Positions 1-8,260 of a stretch of 64,000 nucleotides of DNA are shown here, in pieces. Source of the DNA: Gemmatimonadota bacterium (lineage in GTDB: Bacteria; Gemmatimonadota; Gemmatimonadetes; Longimicrobiales; Gaopeijiaceae); contig QJYK01000207.1 of the NCBI GenBank assembly GCA_003248075.1, positions 4,603 through 68,602 of the forward strand, read 5' to 3'. How positions within the stretch are numbered: the first letter of the stretch is position 1; each line of letters starts with the position of its first letter. The notes beneath the pieces are model-generated. The model ran no database searches. It worked only from the letters and a program-made list of their open reading frames with translations, and was not told where the DNA came from. The position numbers were made by a program, and so were the translations under genes.

Positions 1-1748
1 CCCGCTTCCGCGGTGAGCCGGTCGATGGGGCGCACGCGCGCCGCGAGGTACACACCCAGCTGGTGTCCATCCGGCGCCAAGCCGACCTCGACGCTATCCA
101 CGAGCCGTCCCGGCAGCTGGCCTTCGAGGAGCACCGGGGTCTCGGCAGAGCTGACGTAGTCGTACCGGGCCCGCAGCTTCTTGAAGTCCGCACCCACCTT
201 GAGCATCGCCCGCGACGTCAGCTCGATGCCCAGATCGTGCCGCAGCCCGACGAAGGAGAACTCACGGTCGTCCCGGGCGAAGATTCGGTCGGCCATACCT
301 GCGCGCCCGCGGTCCTCGACGAAGCCGAAACGCTCTCGCGTCACCCGGCCCACCGAGGTGACGGTGTTCGCGGACACACGGGGGTGTGGCACAGACTTCC
401 AGGTGAGCCAGGCGTAGCTGGAGCCCCAACCCGTATCGACGTCCACGGCGTCGAGGTCGTCCGCCCCATGGAGGCCGAAATCGTCTCGGGCATGGAGCAC
501 GTGGGCGCTGAGCAGATTGTGGTTGTCGGGCTGCCAGCTGACCCGGCCGAACGCGTCCCAGTACTGGGGAGACAGCCGCCGATCCTCTCCGATCAGCCGG
601 ATGAGGAGACCCATGAAGCCTCGGCGCCCCGACACGAGCCAGCTTCCACGCCCGTCCGCGAAACCGCCGCCGCTCATGGCCGTGACGTTGGTCACGCTCA
701 GACCCAGCGTCGTGCGTGTGTCGCCCACTTCGGTTCGGGACTTCATGTCGAAGATTCCGGTCATCTTCTCGCCGTGCTCGACACCGAAGCCCCCCACCGT
801 GAGCTCGACCCCGCCCAGCGCGTTGAGGTCCACGATCCCGAGGGCCCCGTCCCAGTCCTTCATGTGGTAGGGCTCGTACAGCTCCAGCCCGTCCAGGCGG
901 ACCGCGACCTCTCCGTCCCTGCCGCCGCGGATGTTGAGCCGCGTCGAGATGTCGTGTGAAGCGACTCCAGGGAGCCGCTTCATCGATCGGAACACGTCCT
1001 CCCCCACCTGGGGCATCGTCTGGATCTCTTCACGCGAGAGCGCCTGGACCGCTCCCGGTGGAATGTCCTCCAGGATGCTGAACGTCCCGGGTGCCACCAG
1101 GATCTCGGGGAGTGGAATGGGCTCCCTGGCCAGTCTGACCGTGACGCGCGCCGTATCCGCTGCTTCGACGCGCACCTCGTCGATCAGGGCGGCCGCCCAC
1201 CCCACTGAGGTCACCCTGAGCCGCCGCAGGCCGGCGGGGACGTCGCTGAGGACGAAGCGCCCGGCTCCATCCGACAACACGCCTCGCCCGTCGTCGAGCT
1301 GGATCATGGCGTTGACCACGGGTGATCCGCCCTCGTCCAACACGCGGCCCAGGATGCATCCGGCCTGTGGGAGTGGGGTCCGCGGCTCGAGCGGCACGAT
1401 TCGGATCAAGGTCCCACTCGAGCGGAAGGTGAGCCCCGTGCCCTGGAGAATGCGTTCCAGGGCCTGGCGGACGGTGACATCCTGGCAGACGCAGCGCACG
1501 CCCCCGGACGCCGGCAGCAGGTCGGGACTGTACACGAGCGACACCCCCGCGCTCCGACCGAGCATGCGGAGCGCCTGCTCGATTCCCTGCCCCTGGACCG
1601 TGAGGCGCGCGAACGCCTCCAGCGGCGACTGGGCAGCCACGACCGACGGGCTGATGGCGAGCGCCGCCAGCGCGCATCCCCCGACCACTGCCCTCCTGCG
1701 GCGCGTTCCTCCACGCGATCGCGCTGCTTGTTCCGATCCCGTTCTCAT
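1..1748 (-). CDS. TonB-dependent outer-membrane receptor with N-terminal STN signalling domain (C-terminal part runs off the window)
   Basis: Absent from the ORF track because it leaves the window. My translation from ATG 1748 reads MRTGSEQAARS...AALAISPSVVAAQS (signal peptide). It continues with STN-like 'FARLTVQGQGIEQALRMLGRSAGVSLVYSPDLL', CarboxypepD_reg-like 'GRVLDEGGSPVVNAMIQLDDGRGVLSDGAGRFVLSDVPAG' and plug-like 'VFRSMKRLPGV...NIRGG'. Plus-strand ORFs 63..959 and 931..1815 are its antisense shadows. Confidence 0.85.
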   Translation of the reverse strand, partial: MRTGSEQAARSRGGTRRRRAVVGGCALAALAISPSVVAAQSPLEAFARLTVQGQGIEQALRMLGRSAGVSLVYSPDLLPASGGVRCVCQDVTVRQALERILQGTGLTFRSSGTLIRIVPLEPRTPLPQAGCILGRVLDEGGSPVVNAMIQLDDGRGVLSDGAGRFVLSDVPAGLRRLRVTSVGWAAALIDEVRVEAADTARVTVRLAREPIPLPEILVAPGTFSILEDIPPGAVQALSREEIQTMPQVGEDVFRSMKRLPGVASHDISTRLNIRGGRDGEVAVRLDGLELYEPYHMKDWDGALGIVDLNALGGVELTVGGFGVEHGEKMTGIFDMKSRTEVGDTRTTLGLSVTNVTAMSGGGFADGRGSWLVSGRRGFMGLLIRLIGEDRRLSPQYWDAFGRVSWQPDNHNLLSAHVLHARDDFGLHGADDLDAVDVDTGWGSSYAWLTWKSVPHPRVSANTVTSVGRVTRERFGFVEDRGRAGMADRIFARDDREFSFVGLRHDLGIELTSRAMLKVGADFKKLRARYDYVSSAETPVLLEGQLPGRLVDSVEVGLAPDGHQLGVYLAARVRPIDRLTAEA

Positions 1749-1769
1749 CACCCCCCTCCCGTTCTCATC
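1738..1769 (-). repeat. 20-nt-period direct repeat (CCCGTTCTCATC x2) duplicating the receptor start region and creating a 6-codon uORF
   Basis: The 12-mer cccgttctcatc occurs at 1738-1749 and 1758-1769. On the minus strand each copy carries ATGAGAACGGG. The upstream ATG (1768) reads MRTGGG then TGA (1750-1748), which overlaps the receptor ATG (1748) as TGATG. Confidence 0.6.
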
Positions 1770-1780
1770 CCCGTTCCACC

Positions 1781-2038
1781 TTACGCCTCGGGGCCGATCC
1801 GGCCGGCGGCGCTGATCCCCGGTACACCCAACCTCCCCATCACGCGAGCCGTGATCGACAGCGCGAGCTGCACGGCATCACCCACCACCCCTCCGTTCCA
1901 CACCCAATCGAGGAGCTCCTCCAGGAGCGGCCACTGACCGATCGTCCTCTTCGCCAGGGTCAACGATACGGTGGCCAAGATCACCACCAGCAGCCGTAAC
2001 CGGCGTCTCCTCTCCTCACCACCACCCGTCCGTCCCAT
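1781..2038 (-). CDS. candidate small membrane-anchored protein (85 aa) upstream of the TonB receptor
   Basis: Internal part of listed ORF 1781..2143. ATG 2038 is preceded by GGGAGG with about 9 nt spacing. Product: MGRTGGGEERRRRLRLLVVILATVSLTLAKRTIGQWPLLEELLDWVWNGGVVGDAV..., i.e. basic N-terminus, then a TM helix, then an amphipathic tail. Third-position GC is high like neighbouring genes. No family recognised. Confidence 0.4.
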   Translation of the reverse strand: MGRTGGGEERRRRLRLLVVILATVSLTLAKRTIGQWPLLEELLDWVWNGGVVGDAVQLALSITARVMGRLGVPGISAAGRIGPEA

Positions 2039-2333
2039 CCGCCCCATCCTCCCTTTCCCGCCGGGCCACTCCACCCGAGATCGTCCTGCCTCTCCCGGAG
2101 GCCTCCCCGTGGCACCGATCCGTCGGCGCCTCGACCCATACACGTGCGGCGGCGCGCGTCTCTACCAATTCGCCCTCCGCGACCGGCTTGCGGCACCGTC
2201 GGCCAGGACCGATCGTTCGGGGTCGTACGACGGCGGCAGTCCACCTGCCCGGGCTGGCGTCTCCCCGAAGCACCACGCCCCTGGAGCGTTGCAGCTGCGC
2301 CGCCTCGCCACCCGGGGGAAGGCGTCCGAGTCG

Positions 2334-2903
2334 ATGCCCGATCCGGAGCTACCGCCGGACAGCGAGCTCATCCAGGGGATTCGCTCCGGCGATCCGCGAG
2401 TTCTCGCGCGCCTCCAGACCGCCTATTGGGGCAGGCTGGTCCAGTTCGCCGACCGGATCCTCGACGGCGGCTCCGACCCGCAGGACGTCGTTCAGGAGGC
2501 CTTCATCCGGCTCTGGACACACCGGGAGCGCTGGAGCCCCGAGGGATCGGTGCGCTCGCTCCTGTACACCGTGACGCGGAACGCCGCGCTCGACGAACGC
2601 CGACGTGGCGCGCGGCGCGCGAAGGCCACCCTGTCGGTGGACCCCCCCGCTGGCCGTGACGGTCCCGCCGACGATGCCGTGGCCGACGAGCTTCTGCGCG
2701 CCGCGGCCGACGCGGTCTCCCGATTGCCGCCCAAACGCCAGGAGGTGTTTCGCCTGGCGCGTGAGGAGGGACTCACGTACGCGGAGATCGCGAGGGTTCT
2801 GGAGGTCTCGCCCCAGACGGTGGCGAATCAGATGAGCCTCGCCCTGGGTGACCTCCGACGGGCCCTCGCCGCGTACCTCGAGGAAGAGGCGCCCTCGCGG
2901 TAA
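2334..2903 (+). CDS. ECF (sigma-70 family, group IV) RNA polymerase sigma factor
   Basis: Listed ORF 1971..2903 is over-extended. ATG 2334 gives about 190 aa: 'PDSELIQGIRSGDPRVLARLQTAYWGRLVQFADRIL...DPQDVVQEAFIRLW' (region 2) and 'PPKRQEVFRLAREEGLTYAEIARVLEVSPQTVANQMSLAL' (region 4 HTH). Confidence 0.85.
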   Translation: MPDPELPPDSELIQGIRSGDPRVLARLQTAYWGRLVQFADRILDGGSDPQDVVQEAFIRLWTHRERWSPEGSVRSLLYTVTRNAALDERRRGARRAKATLSVDPPAGRDGPADDAVADELLRAAADAVSRLPPKRQEVFRLAREEGLTYAEIARVLEVSPQTVANQMSLALGDLRRALAAYLEEEAPSR

Positions 2904-2983
2904 GCGTTTCGATTGGTAGAACCCTCCGGTCCCCGACGTGTCAGGGGCGGAGTCCCACGAAAAAGAGTCCTGGAGCGAACCTG

Positions 2984-3979
2984 GTGGACGAGCGGATCAT
3001 CGAGGTACTGGCCGGCAACGCCTCCCCTTCCCGTGAGGAAGAGGTGCGGCGGTGGCGGCAGGCATCCGCTGAGAACGAGGCTCACTATCAGGCGACCCGT
3101 CGTCTGTGGCGAGCGACCGAGCCCTCTGTGCTGGCCGAGGTCCGCGAGCCGGTGGATCCCAGCCTCATCGTCGCGGCATCGGAGGAGCGACGCCTCGCCG
3201 GCGGCGCTCCGGTGGTGATCCCTCTCGCGGCCGTGGCTCGGCCGCGAGGCCGTCTCCGGCGTACGGCCGCCTGGGGCCTCGCGGCGGCCGCCGCCGTGGT
3301 CGCCCTGGCGTTCGGGATCTCCGTGCGTCAGCCGGTTCCGGGCGCCGGACCCCTGGCCACCCTCACGGCAGGCGCGCAGACGGCGCGCACGGTGGTCCTC
3401 GAAGACGGGAGCTTCGCGCGGCTCGCTCCGGGAGCCGAGCTTCAGGTATGGGACTCGCCCGAGGAGCGGCGCGTCGGGCTGACCGGGCGTGCCTTCTTCG
3501 CCGTGGCCCACGACGAGACCCTCCCGTTCGTCGTCGAGGCAGCAGACACCCGGACGACGGTGCTGGGGACGCGCTTCGAGGTCGCCACCGCTGGCGCGAC
3601 CGTGCGCACGATCGTGGTGGACGGACGCGTCGCGGTCTCCAACGAGCGCGGCTCGGTGGAGGTCGTGGGCGGAAGCCTCGCACGCTCCGAGCCGGGGGCC
3701 CCTCCGACCCGAGAGGTCGTGGCAGACGTCTACGCGCTCCTCGACTGGCCGGAGGGAGTCCTCCTGTTCCAAGGCACCCCCCTGGCCCAAGTCGCGGATG
3801 AGGTGGCCCGCCGCTTCGACCGCACTGTGGAGGTTCGGGGCGAGGGGCTACCGGAGCTCCGCATCTCCGGCTCGTTCGAGGACGAGTCGTTCGAGGAGGT
3901 CGTCCTCGCGCTCTGCGAAACGTCGGGCGCGCGCTGCTCACTGACCACGTCCGGAGCCGTGATCGGACCGAACGAGTAG
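2984..3979 (+). CDS. FecR-family anti-sigma / transmembrane sensor
   Basis: GTG start. N-terminal anti-sigma-like segment 'EEEVRRWRQASAENEAHYQATRRLW', one TM helix (AAWGLAAAAAVVALAF), and a FecR-domain-like 'VVLEDGSFARLAPGAELQV...GRAFFAVAHDETLPFVVEAADTRTTVLGTRFEV'. Lies directly after the ECF sigma gene. Confidence 0.85.
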   Translation: MDERIIEVLAGNASPSREEEVRRWRQASAENEAHYQATRRLWRATEPSVLAEVREPVDPSLIVAASEERRLAGGAPVVIPLAAVARPRGRLRRTAAWGLAAAAAVVALAFGISVRQPVPGAGPLATLTAGAQTARTVVLEDGSFARLAPGAELQVWDSPEERRVGLTGRAFFAVAHDETLPFVVEAADTRTTVLGTRFEVATAGATVRTIVVDGRVAVSNERGSVEVVGGSLARSEPGAPPTREVVADVYALLDWPEGVLLFQGTPLAQVADEVARRFDRTVEVRGEGLPELRISGSFEDESFEEVVLALCETSGARCSLTTSGAVIGPNE

Positions 3980-3994
3980 CGCCTCGGGCGAACA

Positions 3995-6004
3995 TCAGGC
4001 CCCGGGCGGGTCCGCCTCCCCACCAAACAGCGCCGAGGCGGCGCTGATCTCTTCGGCGAGTCCGAGGACGACGAGCGCATCGCCCGCCTCCACCACGGAA
4101 TCGCCGCCGGGATTCGGAATCGTCTCCTCGCCACGTCGGATGGCCAGCACGGAGACACCGTACAGCCTTCGGAGGTCGGTGTCGGCGAGCCGATGGCCCA
4201 CGATCGAGCCCCCTTCTCTGACCCTCAGCGTCGTGATCTCGACGTCGGTCAGGGACCCACCCAGGTCGGACAGCGAGAGCGAGGTCGAGGCAGCAGTGCG
4301 GAGCATCTCGTATCCACCGGCGCGCAGCTCGGCCAGGAACGCCTCGATCTCTCGCCTCGGTACCAGGTAGACGCCAAGGAGGCGCGCGACGATCTCGACC
4401 GATGTCTCCAACTCTTCCGGAATCACGACGTCGGCCCCGGCATCGCGGAGGGGCTCGACTTCGCTGAGGTGCCGGGTGCGCGCGATGATTCGGCACCCCG
4501 GGGCAAGGTCCCGGAGCTGTGCCGTGATCATGCGCGTGGCCGCCGCGTCCGAGATCGCGACGACGGCGACCCGCGCCGTTCCCACGCGAAGGTGCTCCAG
4601 CATGGGTCTTTGCGTGGCGTCGCCGAAGAGGATGGGCACCCCTTCCGTGCGCGCCGCGGCGACGATCGTCGGGTTCATGTCGATCGCGACGACGGGTACG
4701 CCGGCGACGCGTGCCGCGCTGGCGACATTGCGGCCGTTCAGGCCGAAGCCGATCACGACGACGTGGTCACTGGTCGGCGGGGTATCCCCACCCCCGTGCG
4801 GCAGCGGAGACAGTCCGCCAACGCGAACCCACTGCGGCAACGGGAGCGAGGACAGCGCCCGGGCCAAGCGCGGCCCCGCGGCCATCAGGAACGGCGTGAC
4901 CCCAATGGAGGCGACCGCCACGACCAGGAACCACCGGTAGGCCTCGGAGGAGAGCAATCCCTCGGCGAGGCCATTCCGGGCGAGCACGAACGAGAACTCG
5001 CCTACCTGAGACAATGCCACCCCCGACAGCACCGCCGTGGCAAGAGACGTCCGCAGGACCAGTGCCGCGGCGCCCGCGACGATTCCCTTCACGAGCAGGA
5101 CACCGGTCACCAGCGCCAGCACACCCGCAGGCTCGCTCGCCACCAGGCCCACGTCCAGAAGCATTCCGATCGAGATGAAGAAGAAGCTGGCGAAGAGGTC
5201 CCGAAAGGGGAGGATGTCCGACAACGCCTGGACGCTGTAGTCGGACTCGGAGACGATCAGACCTGCCAGGAAGGCGCCGAGAGCCAGCGAAAGACCCGCC
5301 TCTGCCGCACCCCAGGCCGTGGCCAGGCACATCGCGACGATCGAGAGCAGGAACAGATCGCGACTCCGTGTGCGCACGATTGCCCGCAGGAGGCGCGGCA
5401 CCACGGCGCGAGCGAGCAGGAGCACGGCCGCGAGCACGACCGCTGCCTTCAGCGCGAAGCCGGCCAGCGCGCCGCCGAAGCTCCCCTGCATCCCCCCAAG
5501 GACCGGGATGAGCAGCATCATCGGCACGATCATCAGATCCTGGTAGACCAGGATCGCGAGGCCGAGCCGACCGTGGGGGGCGTCGAGCTCGGCCCGACTT
5601 TGGAGCAGCCGTATCACGACGGCGGTGCTGCTCAGGCTCGCGATCAGTCCGAGGAAGAAGGCCTGGCTACCGGTGACTCCCGCCATTCGAAGGAGCCCGA
5701 ACGTGACGGCCACGACCCCCAGCACCTGGACGGATCCCCCCAAGAGGACCGCGCGTTTCATGCGCAGAAGTTCGGCAAGGGAGAACTCGAGGCCTACGGA
5801 GAAGAGCACCAGGATGACGCCGATCTCCGCAAGCAGCTCGACCTCGTCGACACCCTGGACGACGCCGAGGCCATGGGGCCCCAGGAGCACCCCGGTGATG
5901 AGGAAGCCCACCACCGGTGGCAGACGCGCGCGGTGGGACAGGTAGACGACGACGATAGAAACCCCGAGGAGGATCACGACGTCGGTCAGGATCGGTTGAT
6001 GCAT
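3995..6004 (-). CDS. CPA2-family monovalent cation:proton antiporter (Kef-type) with C-terminal RCK (TrkA-N/TrkA-C) domains
   Basis: 669 aa. Polytopic Na_H_exchanger-like N-terminus, Rossmann motif 'VVVIGFGLNGRNVA', and TrkA-C-like 'VEITTLRVREGGSIVGHRLADTDLRRLYGVSVLAIRRGEE'. The 611-aa + ORF 4193..6028 is an antisense shadow. Confidence 0.9.
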   Translation of the reverse strand: MHQPILTDVVILLGVSIVVVYLSHRARLPPVVGFLITGVLLGPHGLGVVQGVDEVELLAEIGVILVLFSVGLEFSLAELLRMKRAVLLGGSVQVLGVVAVTFGLLRMAGVTGSQAFFLGLIASLSSTAVVIRLLQSRAELDAPHGRLGLAILVYQDLMIVPMMLLIPVLGGMQGSFGGALAGFALKAAVVLAAVLLLARAVVPRLLRAIVRTRSRDLFLLSIVAMCLATAWGAAEAGLSLALGAFLAGLIVSESDYSVQALSDILPFRDLFASFFFISIGMLLDVGLVASEPAGVLALVTGVLLVKGIVAGAAALVLRTSLATAVLSGVALSQVGEFSFVLARNGLAEGLLSSEAYRWFLVVAVASIGVTPFLMAAGPRLARALSSLPLPQWVRVGGLSPLPHGGGDTPPTSDHVVVIGFGLNGRNVASAARVAGVPVVAIDMNPTIVAAARTEGVPILFGDATQRPMLEHLRVGTARVAVVAISDAAATRMITAQLRDLAPGCRIIARTRHLSEVEPLRDAGADVVIPEELETSVEIVARLLGVYLVPRREIEAFLAELRAGGYEMLRTAASTSLSLSDLGGSLTDVEITTLRVREGGSIVGHRLADTDLRRLYGVSVLAIRRGEETIPNPGGDSVVEAGDALVVLGLAEEISAASALFGGEADPPGA

Positions 6005-6040
6005 GGCTCTGGCGGGGCGGTCAGGTGATCCGGTTTCGGA

Positions 6041-6982
6041 TCAGGGGGTGATGCGCGTCTCCGTGGAAGTCTCGAGATCGAACAGCCAGAGCGCGGTGCT
6101 CGGCGGGGCGCCCCGGACGAAGCTCAGCCAACGACCGAGGGGCGCCGCGCGCGGCGCCGCCCCGTCCGCCAGCACGAACTGCCGCTCCCCGCCCGACGCC
6201 GGGCGCCAGAACACCGAGTCGTTCTGCCCGAAGTAGATGCGCTCGCCGTCGGCAGACCAGTCGGGCTCGGTTCCTTCGCCGATCCGGGTCAGTCCATTCC
6301 CCCCCGGGGCACTCACGTAGACGACCTCGGTCCCGTCCTCGACCGTCGTAAAGGCGATCGAGCTCCCGTCGGGCGCCCACGCCGGCGACCGGTGGCTGGT
6401 CCCAGGGGCCGTGACCGTCATCGGGGTCGGCTCTCCGCCCTGGGCGTCCATCAACCAGAGACGCTCGCCCTGCCCCCCGCGGTCGGAGACGAACACGATG
6501 CGCCGTCCACCCGGCGCATAGTCGGGGTCGCTGTCGTGGGCGGGGCCCGAGGTGAGGGGCTCGGCTCCGGTGCCGTCGGGCCGAACCCGCACGATGTCGC
6601 CTCCCGACCCGAACGCGACCCACAGCCCGTCCGGGGCCCATGACGCCCGTTCGCCGGGCGCGCGCCCGAGGGGCAGTCCCGTGGCCGGCTCGGGGACCAC
6701 GCCCTCTCTCGTGGGCCCGAGCAGACCGAAGAGGCGCACGTCGCCGCCGCGGTCCCACGTCACCACGAGCCGCTGACCGTCGGGGGACCAGGCCGCGTCG
6801 ATCACGGCGTCCACGGCGGGCGCCGGAGTGGAGTTGTCCGCGACCGGGGGCGCCTCGGGAGCCGACCGGTCGAGACAGGCCGCGGCAGCGAGCGCCAGCA
6901 CGGAGAGCAGCACCCTGCCCATCCTCAACGCGGCCCGCTGGCCAGGCCCCCGCGGCGGGCGCGTTGCCCTCATGCCTCGCAC
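6041..6982 (-). CDS. PD40/TolB-like beta-propeller lipoprotein
   Basis: Signal peptide plus lipobox-like 'LALAAAACLD'. Repeated 'SPDG/APDG...DI..V..DG' PD40-type motifs (WSPDGQRLV, WAPDGLWVAF, YAPGGRRIVFVSDR, WAPDGSSIAF, WSADGERIYF). The start could be an internal ATG (6973 or 6922). Confidence 0.8.
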   Translation of the reverse strand: MRGMRATRPPRGPGQRAALRMGRVLLSVLALAAAACLDRSAPEAPPVADNSTPAPAVDAVIDAAWSPDGQRLVVTWDRGGDVRLFGLLGPTREGVVPEPATGLPLGRAPGERASWAPDGLWVAFGSGGDIVRVRPDGTGAEPLTSGPAHDSDPDYAPGGRRIVFVSDRGGQGERLWLMDAQGGEPTPMTVTAPGTSHRSPAWAPDGSSIAFTTVEDGTEVVYVSAPGGNGLTRIGEGTEPDWSADGERIYFGQNDSVFWRPASGGERQFVLADGAAPRAAPLGRWLSFVRGAPPSTALWLFDLETSTETRITP

Positions 6983-7021
6983 AGTACGACCGTCACCGCC
7001 CCGGAGCGACGTCGAGGGCCG

Positions 7022-8122
7022 TCACCCGATCACCTCGCGATACACCCGATACACGTTTTCCCCCATGATCCGCTCCACGTCGCGCGCGGCGTATCCGCGC
7101 CGCACGAGTCCGTCCCAGACGACCTCCATTCGACGTGGACCGTTCAGCTCGTCGATGAAGTAGGGAAGCTCGCTGTCCGTCACCTGGCTCCCTTCCTCGC
7201 GCCGCAGCTCGGCGACGTACTCGGGCGTCATGGTGATCACCCGATGGTCGCGGTCACTGCCGATGCACACGTGCTCGATGCCACAGACCTGAACCGCGTG
7301 GTCGATATGGTCGAAGTATGCGTGCAGGTTGGTCTGCTTCTTCGCGGTGAGGAACGGTCTCAGCTGGCACATTCCCACCACGCCGCCGGTCTGGGCGACG
7401 CCCCGCAGGTTCTCGTCCGTCGTATTACGCAAGTGAGGGTAGACCGCATCGCACGCGGTGTGGGAGATGATCACCGGCTCGGAGGTGTGGGCGATCACGT
7501 CCCGCATGGTCGACATGTTCGCGTGGGAAAGATCGACGAGCATCCCGACGTCGTTCATGCGCTCGACGAGCTCCCGCCCGAAGGCCGTGAGCCCTCCGTC
7601 GTCTCCTTCGGCCCGGCACCCGACACCAGCGCGGTTTCGCTCGTTGTACGTGATCTGCGCACTGCGTAGCCCGAGCCTGTGGAACATGTCGACGCGGTCG
7701 AGATCGTCTCCGAACTGCTCCGAGTTCTGACACAAGTAGAAGACGGACATCCGCCCCGAAAGGCGTGCGCGGTCTATGTCCGCGACGGACGTCGCAGCCA
7801 GCAACAGCTCGGGGTTCTCGGCGACGAAGCGATCGTACGTCAGCAGTCCGTCGACGGCGAGCTCGAGCGCCTCGGCGCCCACGGGCTTGGGATCACAGAT
7901 GGTGACGGTGATCGAATCGATGCCGCTGGCAAGCATCTCACCGATGAGCGGGGCATCGTATTCGGGACGGAGTTCGCCCATCGCGTCGACGATCAGGGCA
8001 CGGGGATCCGGTATGCCGAGTCGGACCTCGTGCCGGAACGGGACCGTCGACGTCCACGGTCCGCCTCCCACGACGGTCAACGTCGAAGCGGATGCGGCCT
8101 TCACGAAGTCTCTTCGGTCCAT
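7022..8122 (-). CDS. M19 (renal/membrane dipeptidase)-family protein with Tat-type signal
   Basis: 'MDRRDFVKAASAS' twin-arginine motif. M19-like blocks 'DLSHANMSTMRDVIAHTSEPVIISHTA...LRNTTDENLRGVAQTGGVVGM' and 'HIDHAVQVCGIEHVCIGSDRD'. N-terminal metal-ligand positions look substituted (see findings). Confidence 0.85.
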   Translation of the reverse strand: MDRRDFVKAASASTLTVVGGGPWTSTVPFRHEVRLGIPDPRALIVDAMGELRPEYDAPLIGEMLASGIDSITVTICDPKPVGAEALELAVDGLLTYDRFVAENPELLLAATSVADIDRARLSGRMSVFYLCQNSEQFGDDLDRVDMFHRLGLRSAQITYNERNRAGVGCRAEGDDGGLTAFGRELVERMNDVGMLVDLSHANMSTMRDVIAHTSEPVIISHTACDAVYPHLRNTTDENLRGVAQTGGVVGMCQLRPFLTAKKQTNLHAYFDHIDHAVQVCGIEHVCIGSDRDHRVITMTPEYVAELRREEGSQVTDSELPYFIDELNGPRRMEVVWDGLVRRGYAARDVERIMGENVYRVYREVIG

Positions 8123-8260
8123 GGTGTTCCTCCCGGACGGGAGCGTATCGCGGGCTCATCGAGCGGGCAACTCGCGTGTCCCCGTCCACACGTACAGGTC
8201 TGTCGGCCCGCGGGTCCCTGAGGTACGATCCGGACGTCGCGACAAACCCGGAGGGCTCTC

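Noticed and set aside
63-1815. Plus-strand ORFs 63..959 (298 aa) and 931..1815 (294 aa)
   Set aside because: Arg/Pro/Gly/Ser-rich with no motifs. They are fully antisense to a minus-strand frame that encodes a recognisable STN-TonB receptor.
4193-6028. 611-aa plus-strand ORF
   Set aside because: Antisense shadow of the CPA2 antiporter gene. Extremely Arg/Asp/Gly/His-rich and not protein-like.
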